Below are positions 1 to 15,427 of a stretch of 64,000 nucleotides of DNA, one piece after another; within the stretch, counting starts at the first letter, position 1; each line of letters begins with the position of its first letter. A program made the position numbers and the translations under genes. The stretch covers positions 17,827,448 through 17,891,447 of the forward strand of contig MU055362.1 in the NCBI GenBank assembly GCA_013239625.1, written 5' to 3'. Under the pieces are notes generated by a model. That model saw only the letters and a list, made by a program, of their open reading frames with translations, searched no databases and had not been told where the DNA came from. The DNA comes from Lama guanicoe. Its lineage: Eukaryota.

Positions 1-439
1 ACAAGGCATTGGGAGTAAATCTAGAACTGAACTTGAGGGAAACTGGGCAGTGAAGAAGGAAGCAAAGGCGTAAATTCGCCAGTTTCTCTTTTGTCACAGT
101 ATAGACACAATGCTTCCCTGCTGCCAGTTATATTACAGGATTTTTTGGAGTTGCATGGAGTATACATTACTGGTAAGAATAGTGGTACTATGGCTTTTTC
201 TTTATCTTTCATATTCTATTTATAGTACATGATTTACAAATGACATATAAATATAATATATACAGCATAGTTGTATAATATGTACAATATCCAAACACAG
301 ATGTGAAGCATAAGAACTGGTTTCTCTATGAACGCGCATATTCTTGTACATCTAAATGGTATCCCCTCCATGTAGTTTGATATGTATACATATATATACT
401 GTATTGCTCACATCCTTTTATAATTGTTCTCCATTAATA

Positions 440-670
440 TTATCCAGTCCATTCACCCACCTACTTTGATGGACATGATGCAAGTACCATTTCCAAAAAT
501 TAAATTTACTTTCAAAGGACAGATATTTGGCACCATTGAGGATATTAAAAATAATGAGATGTTGCCTCTAAAAACAATTCCAAGAGAAGAATTCCAAAAA
601 TGTCTTGAACAGTGGTAGCATTGTGATCATAGATGGGGTGATCTACTTCAGGGACAGTGATTACTTGAAA
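440..670 (+). mobile_element. Tc1/mariner transposase C-terminal fossil (MARNA-like)
   Basis: HPPT...FPKIKFTFKGQIFGTIEDIKNNEMLPLKTIPREEFQKCLEQW* resembles the mariner tail (HPPYSPDL...FPKLK..LKG.RF.TIE.I...L..IP.EEFQKCF.QW); premature stop. Confidence 0.75.
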
Positions 671-1516
671 GTAGTTATTTTGGTATCTCTTTGAAAAACC
701 AGACCAAATACCACCAAATAGGAGTTAGTTTGGTGGACCAGGGGGTCTAATTGATGGTGTCACAGTTTTGTGAGTCAGATTCACCTACTTAGAGACTGGT
801 GGTTGGTTAGTGGCTGTGTCAGTCTGAAGGTCTGTCCACATTTTTATTACTAGTTTGATATGCTTATCAGATTTGCAGATGACACATTCCTGAGGGGTGG
901 TTAATTGATAGAAGACAGATGCAAAATGATCTTATAGCTGTATTTGTTGTCTAACTTTTGACTTAGTAATTTACATCTAGAAGTTTTTCCTACGGAAGCA
1001 CTCGTGAATATGTGTAAAGGTATAAGAACATTCATTACAATGCTTATATTAGCAAATAATCAAAAGCAACACAAATAGTTAATGAATTATGCAGAGAAAG
1101 GAGTAGTGTCTAGCCACTAAAATTATATTGTAAATGGCTCATATATATGAAAAATACCCATTTGCATCCACCATAAGAGAAATGTAAATTTATACTACCC
1201 TGGGATAGCATTTGCACTCTCAAGTTGGCAAAAATTTGCTCAGTGGATGAGCCTGTGGGGAAGCAGACACTCTTACACATTGATGGTAGGAACATCAACT
1301 GATAAAATCTCTGTTTAAAAAAAAGCCAATGTGGATATATCTGTCAAAACTACAAATACACTAAGTATACTTAAAAATAATATATTTGCATTTAAAGGGA
1401 ACACATTCTTTAAACTTTTCCTTAATTGCCACCAGTATTCTTCTAGTCAGTTATTTTAACCATATTTGTGGAACAACCACATGTTAAATGAAAATCAGTT
1501 AAAAGTAATAAACTAA

Positions 1517-1670
1517 GGAGGGAGGGTATAGCTCAGTGGTAGAGCACATGCTTAGCATACACAAGGTCCTGGGTTCCATCCTCAGTACTTCCTCTAAGAA
1601 TAAATAAGTAAGTAAACCTAATTACCTTCCCCCGAAAATAAAAAGCAAAAAATAAGAAAAAAAATTTTTT
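1517..1670 (+). mobile_element. tRNA-Ala-derived SINE (camelid Vic-1-like)
   Basis: gggtatagctcagtggtagagcacatgcttagc...gggttccatcc (A and B boxes), A-rich tail, TSD aagt(a/g)ataaactaa at 1503-1516 and 1671-1684. Confidence 0.88.
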
Positions 1671-3182
1671 AAGTGATAAACTAATGTATACCCTCAAAAA
1701 TAACAACACACTACAAATACACACACTTTTCAGCCCACTCTTCATTTTCAACTCTGCATCTTGCAGCTGTATTTATGTACATGTAAGATGATATATATAC
1801 AAGGTTCACTGAAGTATTGTTTTCTAATAGCTGAAGATTAGAACCAACTCAAATGTCCATCAACAGGAGACTGGCAAAATTATGGTTACATTTATCAGTT
1901 ATGCAGCTCTAAAAAAAGAACAAAGATCTTATGCACAGATATGAGTATCTTTCATCATCATTAGCTATGTAATATATATTTAAGAAGAGGGAAAAAGCAT
2001 GTTGAAAATTCTATATACAAAATGATACATATTTTGTAAAAGAGTGTATTCATGTAAAATAAAGCTCAAAGGTTGTACACCAAAATTTTCATATTCCTTA
2101 TTTCTGAGTGCTGGGATTACATGTTAATCATCATGTTTATTATTTTCTTTCTGGGCTTTTCTAAATTTTCTACAGTCAACATGTGTTGTTCAGTAAACAA
2201 TATCAACTACCCTAAAAAATGATTAAAAAAAAGTCAAGGATTAATGTTGGCTAGAAATCAACAAGATAAAGAATGACTTAAAAATTTTCAGTTTCACAAT
2301 CACTTGCCAAAGTATAGGCTTATTGGAGGCCTAAGCATTCCAGCAGGAGCAAACGACCCCTGTTAGGAATCCTACTCAGAGAAGTCATTGGCTTGGAGGC
2401 AAGCCAGAGCAGCTGCCCTCTTGAGCTGTAATCCTCAAAATGATTATAGGGTAGTATAGGAAAAAAAGATCAGTGCCAGGACAAGTCAGAGTACTAAAAA
2501 TCCTTATAGTATAGAAAAAAATGCTTAGAAATTTGCTGTAATCAAGATTAATTATTATGAAATAGGTAAACTTAGATCAATAAAAGTGTGAAGCAGAGGA
2601 AGTGAGCGGTACGAGTCAAAATGGTAAACGCTGGCTGATGTCAAAAAACAACAAAGGACAAAGATGTGTTTAAATTGGTTGTTGGGTGATTGTGTAACCA
2701 GTTTTTGGAATCTTCAGTCACAGCGTGTTTGCTTGCCATTTGTTGCAGTTCTGTTCTTATAGAACAGGAGGAGGAGGTGGGCCTCCTTCCACCCGCCTCT
2801 CTCTCCGTGTTTATGTTTGAAGGCGTTGCGCTCACCTGAAGCAGCACCACGCTTTTTTCCTGGGGAGATGCAGAAGGAAGGAGATGGCCGGGCCAGTGGC
2901 TATAGAGACATCAGTGCCCTAGTAATGACATAGCATTTGTAAGGTATTTTTAATTTGCAGAGTGCTTTTGCATGCACTCTTTCACTCGATCAGGCTCTGT
3001 GATGTCCAAGTTTTATTTTAGCAGTCTATTTTTTGGAGGTCACATATACAAGAGCTATAATTTCCATAAGGATGAGAACCATGTCTGTCCTTCTGTCCAC
3101 CTCACATCTAGCCCAGTGCCTGGACCAAGGCAGGGGTCAGTAAGTGAATGAACTTTAATTTCCCTCGCAATTCTGCTTTTGA

Positions 3183-3473
<291 letters not shown>

Positions 3474-3645
3474 TGAGAATCGATTTTCTCTTTAGAAACT
3501 ACAAAGGTAAAAAGAGGTTAAAATTTTGTTTTTAAGTATTAGGTATTACGTTTATTCAACGGTCAGTGAAGAAAGTTTTGAGTAGTGTGACATCAGGAGC
3601 CCGATAGTGCAAATAACATGCTTTTGTATAAAGCATGGCTTCTTT

Positions 3646-3737
3646 TATAAAAACTTGATTGATTAATTAATTAACTGATTGAAGTACAGTCAATTATAAT
3701 GTGTCAATTTCTGGTGTACAGCACAATGTCCCAGTCA
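3646..3737 (-). mobile_element. Extremely 5'-truncated L1 (about 90 nt of 3' end)
   Basis: ttgaagtacagtcaattataatgtgtcaatttctggtgtacagcacaat is the reverse of an L1 3' terminus; 16-nt TSD aaagcatggcttcttt at 3630-3645 and 3738-3753. Confidence 0.8.
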
Positions 3738-3989
3738 AAAGCATGGCTTCTTTGGTTGTTCACTTTTGCCCAAGAGATGATCAGATTCAGCTGCTGGGTG
3801 TGAAGCAGTCAGTGGAAATGCCAAGCCAAGGGAATTTAATGGAATGATCAAGAGATCAGGGTCTGTACCCAGCTCTGCCACTGCTTTTGATCAAAGGCAA
3901 GTCATTTGCCCCCTCTCACCCCTACATCTCATCTACGTGTTAGGAAAAGACTAGTTTATGGTTTATGGTCCCATAAGAAGCACTTGCGT

Positions 3990-4133
3990 AGGGGATCATT
4001 TAAGGGGCCTCTGAAACCCCTGAAATTTTAATGCAGAATTCTGTGTGTATGTGTATTTCTGGAGAGAAGGTTTATAGCTTTTATCAGAAGTTCTGAAGGA
4101 GTTTGTGACCCCCAAAAGTTCAAGAGCCACTAG
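3990..4133 (+). mobile_element. hAT-Charlie family MITE fossil
   Basis: cccctgaaatt...gtgtgtatgtgtatttctggagagaagg...gacccccaaaagttcaagagccact resembles a non-autonomous Charlie element. Confidence 0.55.
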
Positions 4134-4382
4134 AGGTTCTCTGAAGATCCTACCAGTTCTAATATTTGATTCTTTGAGTCTTAATCTCAACTTCTCTCAT
4201 TCAAGTGCTTCCTAGTACATAGTCTGTGTATAACTAGAGACACATGGAAGAAGAATGCATTTGGAGAGGCTGTGTGTGGCAGGAAGTGGTGTGGTAACAG
4301 ATCATTAGTGTTGTAGGAATTCAGAGAGACTGGAAAGACTGGACATGGGACTTGAGCTGAACCTTGGGGAATGAGGCCAGGA

Positions 4383-4600
4383 CACTGGTTCTCAACTCTG
4401 ACTGTACTTTAGTACCACCCAGGAGTTTTTGAAAACATACTGATGGCTGGACCCCATGCCAGACCTGTTTAATCAGAATCTTAGAGGGTACCGCCCTTCC
4501 CTGCCCTTTCACTACCTTTCCTTCCCAGTTCCCTTCCTTTAATGGGTATATTTTTAAAAGTTCCCCATGTGATTCCAAAGTACAGCCAGGGTTGAGAAGG
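4383..4600. mobile_element. MER5-family hAT element
   Basis: ctggttctcaactctgactgtac...aatcagaatct...ttccccatgtgattcc...cagggttgagaa, MER5-type termini. Confidence 0.6.
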
Positions 4601-5759
4601 ACAAAGTACAGAGGAAGGAAAAGGAGGGGTGTTTGTCTGGAGTCATAGGAGTCCAGGGACGAAAGTAGGAAGTAAGCAAGTCTTGGCTGTAAAGAGACAT
4701 ACCTGATTAGAGCTGGGGACATGTTGGATAGATCAGGCAGGCGGATTTTGGCAGCCAGGGCAGGGGAAGGCCCCTGAAGGCTTGGGCAGAGGAGTTACCC
4801 AATAAGAGTGTAGAAGATAAACCTGGCTGGATGAATAGGAAGGGGAAGAGCTCAGGTTTTTGCAATAGTCCGATTAGGTATTGTACAACTTAATCCAACT
4901 GCCCTGATTGCTTCCCTGGGCCAGAGTCGTAGTGCAGCCTTCATGCATGGAAGGGACCACATCTTGGAATCATTGATTTGTTCCCCACTTGCTGTTACCC
5001 AGATGCCTTCATGAACAGAATGGCAGGGTAAGTTGGAGGTTGCACACAGGCACGTTCTTAATGTATATCAGGAGCCTGGGGACAGGGAGGCTCTGGGTAA
5101 AGGTCTTGGAACTCAGATCAATGATTAGGTAAGTAATTAACTTGATTAGGGTTTTGTCTGGATTCATATGAGAGACTGTGACTTACTTGCCTCAAGGAAC
5201 TGAAGGAACGTGGGTAGAAGTGGTAGACTTTAGAGATTATAGGGGGCATTGGGAAGTTGCTCTGAAAATCCAGTGTTTCCACAGAGGGAGAGGAGAGTCC
5301 TGATGAAGTTTGAAAGTGGGAAACTTTGGCGACTAGGGATGATCATCTGAGACACTGTTGATAAATTAGTTGGCATTCCATTGTTGACAAATGAAAACAG
5401 AGATTCTGTGTTGGGGAGCTTCTTCCTTTAAGGCTGTACATTTCTTATGTGCTTATTAACTATGTTGGACAGGTAGGTTCTTGTGCTTCTGCCCAGTGGT
5501 CCCTGTTTTGATCACTTAACACTGAGACGTGGGGCTGTTGCTTGTGGAACAGAGCCCTCCTTCTAAGTCTAGTTCATCCTGTGTTGTGTTTTTGATCATA
5601 GAACAAATTTAAATGACAGTCTTCATGCTAGTCCGTAAATATTTGAAGACTTTTTTTTTTTGGTAGTGGTTTATATGGATACTATCTTGGCATCTGCGTC
5701 ACCTTAGGTACCAGTTGATACTGAGCTCTGAGCCCTTCTTCTTTCCCTGGATGTCTTCA

Positions 5760-6780
5760 CCATCCCTAGGCTACTGTCTTATTTCAGCCCACCATCATCT
5801 CATTTGAATTCTTACAACAGCCTCTTGCCTGTAGCTCTTCCCCGTTCTAGTACATTCTGCACTATGCAGCTAGAATGATCTTCCTCAGAAAAGAAAAAAA
5901 GCTGATCATGTCACCTGCTTCCCCTCTCACACACACACAGTAGCTCCTCCATTATCTACAGGGTAAAATCCAGACTTTGACCTGGGCATGCAGCATATTT
6001 TGTAGCCAGGCTTCATGCTGTTCTTCAGTTACTCTTGTCCCCATCCCCCCGGGTCCTACCATCCTAAGAACCTGCTGTTTTCTAGACCCACCAGGCCCTG
6101 TCGTGATGTGGCACCTTTGCCTCAGCTGTTCCCTCTGCTCAGAATGCCTCCTTCACTTCTGTGACTCCCCGCCTGCAAGTCCTTCAAGGCCTGACCGAGG
6201 GTCACTTCCATGCTGAATCCTGAGCTGTCTCAGGCAGAGCTAGTCATTCGAGTCCTCTGAGTCATCACAGGACTGTGCATAGCTTTGAAATAGCAGTGCT
6301 TGCTGTGTTTACTCTAGTGGCCAATTTCCTAAGCCCATGTCTCCCACAAGACCATAGCTTCCTCCAGGGCAGTGATGATGGCTTCCTTATTTATCTTGCA
6401 AAACTTTTAAGCATTTAGCTCCTAGCCTGGCACCTGGGAGATTCTCAGATGTTTGAATTCGCTTACTCGTTCAATCAGCACATGAGTGCTCACCACTAGG
6501 GGTAGGTACTATTTTAGTTGCTGGAGCACAGCAGTGACCAAAACACCCCAAATCCTCTGCCCAGCTTACAGTTTTGTGGGGAGAAACTGACTATACACAT
6601 AATAAACAGGAACATGATATGATATATTAAAAGATGATAAATGCTACAAAAATAGAGCTGGGGAAGGCCTGTTAGGAGTGCTGAGGGTGGGAATAAACAT
6701 GGATACAGTTTTAACAAGGGTGGTCATGGTAGAAATAGAAATGACATTTGAGCCAAAACTCGAAGGCGGTGAGGCATGAA
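5760..6780. mobile_element. L2 fragments (sense ~5760-6460, antisense ~6460-6780)
   Basis: Typical L2 3' motifs (ctagaatgatcttcc...ctgatcatgtcac; gaaatgacatttgagccaaaactcgaagg); boundaries approximate. Confidence 0.6.
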
Positions 6781-9473
6781 TAAAAGAAAATGAACAGTAA
6801 TCATGTCTTCCCTTAGATTTTTTCTTCTCAAGATTTAACATTGCCAGGACCATCAACCATTCTGAAGAGATCTATTTCCTAGACTTACCATTGCCTCATA
6901 TTGCTTTTGCATTTTCAGACCTTAGGATCCAGACCAAATGTCCAGTTTTCATCTTCTGCCTGGTAACATTTCAGCTTCTGAAATTACTGAGCCATTGCAG
7001 CTAGGAGGGCTTGTGGGCCATGAGATGGCGTCCCAGTTTCTTGCTTGGACCGTTGCCTCTGGGAATTTTGGGCTTTCTCTGTGGCTCGCACCTTCAAAAC
7101 GTCTTTTTCTTTGTTTAGTTCAGCCCATGTTTATTTAGTACCATGTGCCAGATACCATGTAAATTGAAAGGGGCACTGAGATCGATGCGTCATAGCCTTG
7201 GCTACAAGCAGCTTCTAGCCAGCTCTCCTCCTCACGCCGAAGTCACCACATCAGCAAATTGTGTTCTCGGATGGGTGTTCTAAAGCCCAGGAAGGATTCC
7301 TTCAGGCAGTGTGGCCAAGTTGAGAGTACAGCTTGTCTATTGGCATAGCTTCATGCCAAGTCTTGCTGGATTCCCCTTGTTCATGGACAAATCCATGAAG
7401 GATAAATGCACATTTGGGTTACAGCACCTTGGTAGCAATTTGCATAAAGAATCCAGGGAGATCACAGTGTGAAGCCCAAACCTTTAAAACTTTCGACCAC
7501 TGAAGAACCACATCTGACACCCACCGACCCTTTCCACCCCAGTCCCCTGCCGTGGCTCCTCTCTGCAGTGGACAGCCGTGCTCAGTTCCTCACTTCCCTG
7601 ACTGTCAGCTTTGTTTCTGATTCACGTTTCAGATGGTATTCTTTCACAGATGCTTAGATCTCTGAATATAAATAGAACAATGGGGAATAATAGTGGTGAT
7701 TGTTGGTATGATTGCCTTTTTCCTTGCTTAAAGGGGATTTCTGCTCATGATTTAGTTTTTACCTAGAAGCTGACTTATTCATCATGGCTGAATAATTTTT
7801 TTGTTTTTGTTTTTAGTTATTTTCAGGATGTCTCCATTTACTGAGCATTTATATCAGAAATGGCTATACTTTTCTCATCTGTTATGATGATCATTTGGCA
7901 TTTGGGTGATCGTTTTCTTTATCTAGCAACACGACGAGTTTTATATATATATATATTTTTTTTTCAGTAGAAGAAACTCAAATAAAGTGTAGTAACACTT
8001 TGTATATGGGGAAGACCCAGGAAAACTGATTCACTTATATATTTCTTACCAATCATTTGTTGGATGACTCACTCGATCAAGGAGTTATTTTTAAATGTAC
8101 TGTTGGACGTGTACTGTTCATTTATGTTTATTTGGGAAGTTAGTATCAATATTCATGAAAGAGGTCTCTCTCTTTCCTTTTTTTCCTTTGTCATCTTTTA
8201 GCATTGATGTTAGGTTTTGTTTTTTTTTTTGAGATTTTGGAAGCTTTTCTTCTTTATCTAGGAAGTTTTTTTTTTTAACCTTTTTATTGTGGAAAATGTC
8301 AAATATGTACAAAAGAAGATAAAACAGTGTAATGAACAAACCCCATGTATCCATCACTTAGTTTCAACACTCATCTGTGTTTGGTCAGTCTTGTATATTC
8401 CCCCATCCTGTAGCCAAAGCTAAATTATTTTACAGCAAATCTCAGATAATACCTGAATATATTCTTCATATTTTTATCAAACAACTTGTAGATTAGGCCA
8501 AAGTCCCTTTGACCACTATTCCCACTTGCTAGGCCCCTCCCCAGAGGGTCTCACTGTTATCAGATGGGTATGTGAACTTCCTTTTAGACTTTCTCATGTG
8601 ATCTTTTTCTTTCTTTCTCCTTTTGGCATATTAAGCAACATGTAATTTCTGACATTTCTCTACTGAAGGAGTTACGCTGAAACCTAATTAGATTTTGAAA
8701 GGGCAGAATCAAAGATGTGTAGGCAGAATGACGGATGCAGAGCCTAGTGACCACACTGAGAGTGAGAAGATGCGGATTTATGCCCAGCTCTGCCACTTAC
8801 CAGCTATGAATCCTTTGGCAAATCACTTCTCTGAATCAACTTCCTCATGTATAAATTGCAGATCTAGAACTGACTTTACAGGGCTGTGTGAGGGTCAAAT
8901 AAGAAAATGTGCGGGGGTATTTTGTAAATGATAAAACATAGGACTTTTATTATTGCCCAGGTGAGGCCATTTTAAGATAAGCAGAAGCTTCAGGAGAGGA
9001 AAGTATTTGCATATCACCTTTGTTAGAACTTTTCTAAGGATTAATAAGCCTGCGTTACAGTGATGAGAAGGGGCATTGCAGATCGATGTTGATGGCCAGC
9101 TAGCAAGATTACGGGCTTCTGTTGGAGGGCAGTTTTCATCTTGGGATGGGTGCCAAGCGGATGGGTTTGCCCTGCAGGGCACACTGCCATGTGGCCTAGG
9201 TGTGTCCTCTACCTTCGTTTTCAAAGGGATGCTCCCTCAAAAGTTGGACTTCCAGATGTCCTAGGGAAAGACCTGGCCTTACTGCTCAGTAGCTGGTAGC
9301 TTTGAGCAGTGTGTTTCACTTCTTCATTTGTAAACATGGGCAAATAATACTTCTTTGTATAGTTCTGAGACTTTGTCGGGATAATACATTTAAAGGGTCT
9401 AGCACAGAGCAGACAAGAAGGAAATGCTTATCCTTACTGTATTTCCCTAATATCTGACCTCACCATTAATTAA

Positions 9474-9701
<228 letters not shown>

Positions 9702-10048
9702 TGAAAATGTAACCCAGCCCTGGATCACCTGACATTTGGGAATGGCTTGAGCAGTGGATTATGGCAGTACACGAGTAACCTGACACTTACCTTCAGATTA
9801 GGGATACTTTGTCCCAGGACCCTTGGTGAACGGGTATGTTAGTGTATATTGAACCTTCCCAGAGGAGGGAGGGCCCTCTGTAAGGCACCATGACTGTGAC
9901 TCATCGAACTTGTTCCTGGTTACAGTCCTTCCTCTCAGCCTTAACCCCTCACCTCAGTGTTGCCTAGTAGACTTTGAGCCTGTGAGGACTCTGGAAGGTG
10001 ATTTGCATCCTTTCTAATTAAGTCTCCTTGTGTTTGTGCAACATGTAA

Positions 10049-10192
<144 letters not shown>

Positions 10193-10389
10193 TAGAAGAA
10201 AAAGTAGAAGGAATGCTATGGTGTCAGGAGGAGCAGGGAAAGGTCTTTGGATCAGTTGATAAGTGAGAAAGTCTGGGACATCCTACCCAAATCAGATGGT
10301 GGTTTCTGAAATGGCACATAGGAGGGAATGCCTGCCCTGTGTACCCCAGACTCTGTCCCCGATTCTTGCTGGTGGCAGAGCTGACATAG

Positions 10390-10560
<171 letters not shown>

Positions 10561-11039
10561 TGATGTATTCAGAAATAATATCTATTTACTGAAGAATCTG
10601 GAAAATGGAGAAAAGCCCAAAGAAGAAAATAAATTTTAACTAAATTCTGTTACCCAAAGAAAGCCACTATTAATATTTCAGTATACAGAATGTTGGTTTC
10701 TCTCTTTTTTTTCCTTTGTTTCTTTTTTTTTCAGCATAGTTATACATACACATATATTTATTTTACAAAGATGGGATCTTTTTGTCTATACTGTTTTGTA
10801 ACATATTTTGTCTTTCATTTGAACTCCTTTACGTATCATTAAATGTTTCGTTGTTTTCTGTGCATGGATTATATCACATTAGGGATTTGGTTAAATCAAT
10901 TGATGGCCATTTAGAGCTCAGGTTTCTTACTCCTGTGAACAATGATGTAATAAACATCCTTTTAATTATTTCTTTGGGATAACTTTCTACTTTGGAATTT
11001 CTAGCTCAAGGTGTGTATGTTCTTCATGAACGTGTTTAA

Positions 11040-11212
11040 AGAATGCTTCTTAAGAAACTATTATGTGCCAGGTGCCACGGGGATACAATAGTGAACAAAG
11101 CAGAGGTGATCTGGCCCTTAAAGAGCATACAGCCTGTTTGGGGACACAGCCACGTACTGTGAGACAGCTGTGTTGATAGGGTCATAGGGAGGCACATAGC
11201 CCAGACTTTGGG

Positions 11213-11254
<42 letters not shown>

Positions 11255-11630
11255 TGGGAGGGGTGGTAGTAGATGAAGCCTTCTGCTCCTGAAAGAGGTG
11301 GTTTCCACATTGAGACTTGAAGGATGAGGACAGGCTGGAGCTGGCAGGGAAGGAATGTTTGCTGCAGAGGGAAGAGTATGGTCAAAAACCGACGGCAGAG
11401 GTCACGGTCCATTTAAGGAAGTGAAGGTAATTCTTGGTATGGGCCAGAGTTCCAGGGGAGGAGAGGAGTGTGAGTGATGAGGCTGGAGAGGTAAATGGGG
11501 GCCAGGTCCTGTGCCGAGGCATCCGACTTTATTATGAGGGCAGTGGGGAGCCCCTGGAAATCTGATGTCATGAGTGATGTGATCAGATGTGCCCTGTTGG
11601 CAAAGCAGCATCGTGACACTCTAGAACAAT
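11040..11630 (-). mobile_element. L2 fragment
   Basis: tatgtgccagg...gatacaatagtgaacaaag...gagacttgaaggatgag...gatgtgatcagat; boundaries approximate. Confidence 0.65.
11215..11248. repeat. (GT)17 microsatellite
   Basis: Direct reading. Confidence 0.95.
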
Positions 11631-11761
11631 ATACTTAAAAAAAAAAAGAGGCTTACTGAAGTTGTTAACATTTGTTGGTTGGTATTTAGTTGAACCGAGA
11701 AGCAGGTGTAAAGTGGAGATGGATGCAGGAAGTAAAGAAGTAGGAGGAATAGACAGTGTGA

Positions 11762-12261
<500 letters not shown>

Positions 12262-12752
12262 TAAGGGGCTCAACGCCCAATGGACGATGGGTGGGGAGGC
12301 AGAACAGCGATTGTCCCACTACATTGAACTGTCTCTTCCTTTATTTTGGCGGAGGCAGGACAAAATTGCTTGAATCTCTGTGTCAGATATTTCTGTCAAA
12401 TAGGGCTGCCACCTACTCACCTGTGTGTAACACGACACCGGGAACATAGGAGGGAGGCACTCGGTGAATCAGTGAAGGGGAGTTTCCCCCACTCTCCTGC
12501 CGCGCAGGCTTCCTCCCCTTAAAGTTGGGAAATACAGGGAGGAATTTCTCGTAGAATAGACTGTCCAGCTTCAAGTTAGTGCATCAATTTTGGGGCTCTT
12601 CATTCTTACCTAATTTATATATATCTTATTTTTAAGCAGAGTAATTTTTGTGTAGTAGCTAAATCTGTACTCTGTACTTAATTAGGCCTGATAAAATATA
12701 TTACCCTGCCTCGATCAGCACCTAGGTGAAGTCTAAGTTAAAACATAAGTGG

Positions 12753-12893
12753 AGGGGGCAGAGTATAGCTCAGTGGTAGAGCGTGTACTTAGCATGCACA
12801 CGGTCCTGGATTCAATCCCCAGTACCCCCGTTAAAAAATAAATAAACCTAAATTATCTACCCCCCTCCAAAAAAAATCTTAAAAACAAACAAC
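12753..12893 (+). mobile_element. tRNA-Ala-derived SINE (Vic-1-like)
   Basis: gagtatagctcagtggtagagcgtgtacttagcatgcac...ggattcaatcccc; TSD a(a/c)acataa(g/a)tgg at 12741-12752 and 12894-12905. Confidence 0.88.
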
Positions 12894-13043
12894 ACACATA
12901 AATGGTATTACAGCCAGTATACCTAAGACTAGCTATAAACTCCATCAGTACGTAGAGCCCTTTCCGTCTGTCTCTTCTGGTCTCCTTATCCACCCATCCA
13001 TATACCGTAATAGGCAGGTTGTGATCCTGTTTTCAGCTTATAG

Positions 13044-13355
<312 letters not shown>

Positions 13356-14937
13356 TAGGAACAGAACAAGTTAGGTGTTCTCTGTGTTCCATCCATCTCC
13401 TGGACCCCGTGAATCTCAGAAGAGCTTTGTTGTGGTCTCCCCTCCTGACCCATAACTCAGATATTTTCAGTTTTGTGGGCTGGGAATTGACTGAGCCAGT
13501 TGGAAAGTTAACAGGATTTGTAGCTTGGAGCCTTGATTTATGAAACATTTTTACAAATGTACCTTTCGGCTTTTCTTTAATCTTAAGTATAAATACTACA
13601 TATGATTATTATCTAGGGACCTTATTTCTTAATAAGTCTTTCCTAGTCTCCAAGCATTGCCTTCAAAAAGAGGTTACAAAATTCTCTCTTCATTTCCTAA
13701 ATAAGAACTTAGATTGGTAGTTGGAATTAAAAGCCGAATGAAAGTCTAGCGGGCAGCCAGCCATGCATGATCTTGGCTAGGCGCACCAGTGACTGGCCAT
13801 CCCTTCTGTTGATAGGGGTTCATCTATTTAATAAGTAAATCTTGAGCATCTCAAGCCAAGCCACTGGTCGCATGGTACAGATGTGGCCACTCGCCTGTGT
13901 GCAGAGCTTGTGTCCGAGTGGCTCTGGGGACAAATGTGTGCCTTTTGGTAGTAAGTAGAACATTAGAGGCGCTGTGAAGTACTAAAACCGGGGCTATCAG
14001 AATGCCTGTTTGAAGTGGGCTCAGAAGAAGCCAAAAGAAATAAATATAAATAAGAAAAGTGGTAGAGATTGTATATTGTAGACCCACTGAAATACTGTGG
14101 GGTAAAATGAGGCTACCCAAGAAAGGAAAGGGATAGCTCGGTTAGCCATAGGTGTCCTCCGATTCTGGAAGGGGGAATTAGTCACTTGATTAAGGAAAGC
14201 CAACCTTATACAATTTTTAAGATTTTAAACGTAATAGAAATGGTGTTTAGTAGTAATATTCTGAAAGTTTACAAGGTGGGGCTATCTTCCCATAAAATAG
14301 TCATATCGTCCCCCTCTCCAGAGTAGGAAATTAGTTTTATTATGAATTGAAAAGTGGTGGGAATAGATCTGGGTTTATAAAATAAAGTTATATTTTTAGA
14401 ACTTGGCACCGTTTACCTTTTTAAAAACAGATGTTTTTTCATCCCAACATTTAGGAAAAATTTTAAATGCACAGAAAAGTTGGAGGAATCGTACAGTGAA
14501 CCCCACGTGCTCACCTAGTTTCTACAATTCTGTTACAGTACTTCTTTTATTACATTTTATCTATAAAAACAGGGGCTTTCACCCTGAAATGATATTTTGA
14601 AAATTATGGGTGTGTATATTGGCCTTTTCCTAGGGAAAAAGTCCCTAACTTTTACTAGCTTCTCAACGGTGATTCTCCCCTCCCGACAGAAGTAGAAAAG
14701 TTTCATTTCTATTTAAAAAAACAGGGTGGGAGTCCTGTAACCACATCATCTGCCTCTGGGCCACAGGCTTTACAAGTGTGCTGTGCCCATGCCTTTGTTG
14801 GTGTGCGAGGTTAGGCGCTAGCTCCACAGATGGCTGTAGTTCACACAGTTAACGCTGGTCAAGGCTGCTTCTGAAGGTGGCTTTGTTTGGAGGGCCCACT
14901 GGTAGCACTGAGTACAGGTTTTTCACTTCCGTACAGA

Positions 14938-15130
14938 GGCAGCATAGAGCCCTGGCTAAGAGCTCAGACTCAGGAGTTCCTCAGCTGCCTTAAAATCCCA
15001 GATCCACCACTGACCAGCTGTGCGACCTTGGGAGGGTCACTGACATCTGTAAAATAGGGATGATCAGATTATTGTCAAGATTAACTGAGCTAATACAAAG
15101 TGCTTAGAACACTGCCTAGCACATAGTGTT
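14938..15130 (+). mobile_element. MIR
   Basis: aaatcccagatccaccactgaccagctgtgcgaccttggg...catctgtaaaataggg...aaagtgcttagaacactgcctagcacatag core. Confidence 0.75.
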
Positions 15131-15162
15131 TGCTCCTTTGATGATTATAATTTTATTACCAT

Positions 15163-15427
15163 CTTAGTCTGCTTGCGCTGCTATAACAAAATGCCACAGA
15201 CCGGGTGGCTTAAATAACATAAATTTACTTCTCACAGTTCTAGAGGCTGGGAAGTCTGCGATCAAAGTACCAGCATCATCAGGTTCTGGTGGGAACTCTC
15301 TTCCTAGCTTGCAAATGGCTGTCTTCTTGCTGTATCTTTCCATGGTTGGGGGTTGGGGGAAGAGAGACAGACAGAACGTGTGGGCTCATGCAAGCTCTCT
15401 TATCTCCTCTAAAAAGGGCACTACTCC
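15163..15427 (-). mobile_element. MLT1A-like ERVL-MaLR LTR, running into the gap
   Basis: ttagtctgcttgcgctgctataacaaaatgccacagaccgggtggcttaaataac...ttctcacagttctagaggctgggaagtc. Confidence 0.8.

Noticed and set aside
424-618. 64-aa ORF as an active transposase
   Set aside because: Only a decayed C-terminal mariner fragment with a premature stop.
1517-1590. tRNA-Ala-like sequences (also at 12753, 52321 and 58177) as tRNA genes
   Set aside because: Each has an A-rich tail, target-site duplications and a broken acceptor stem, so they are SINEs.
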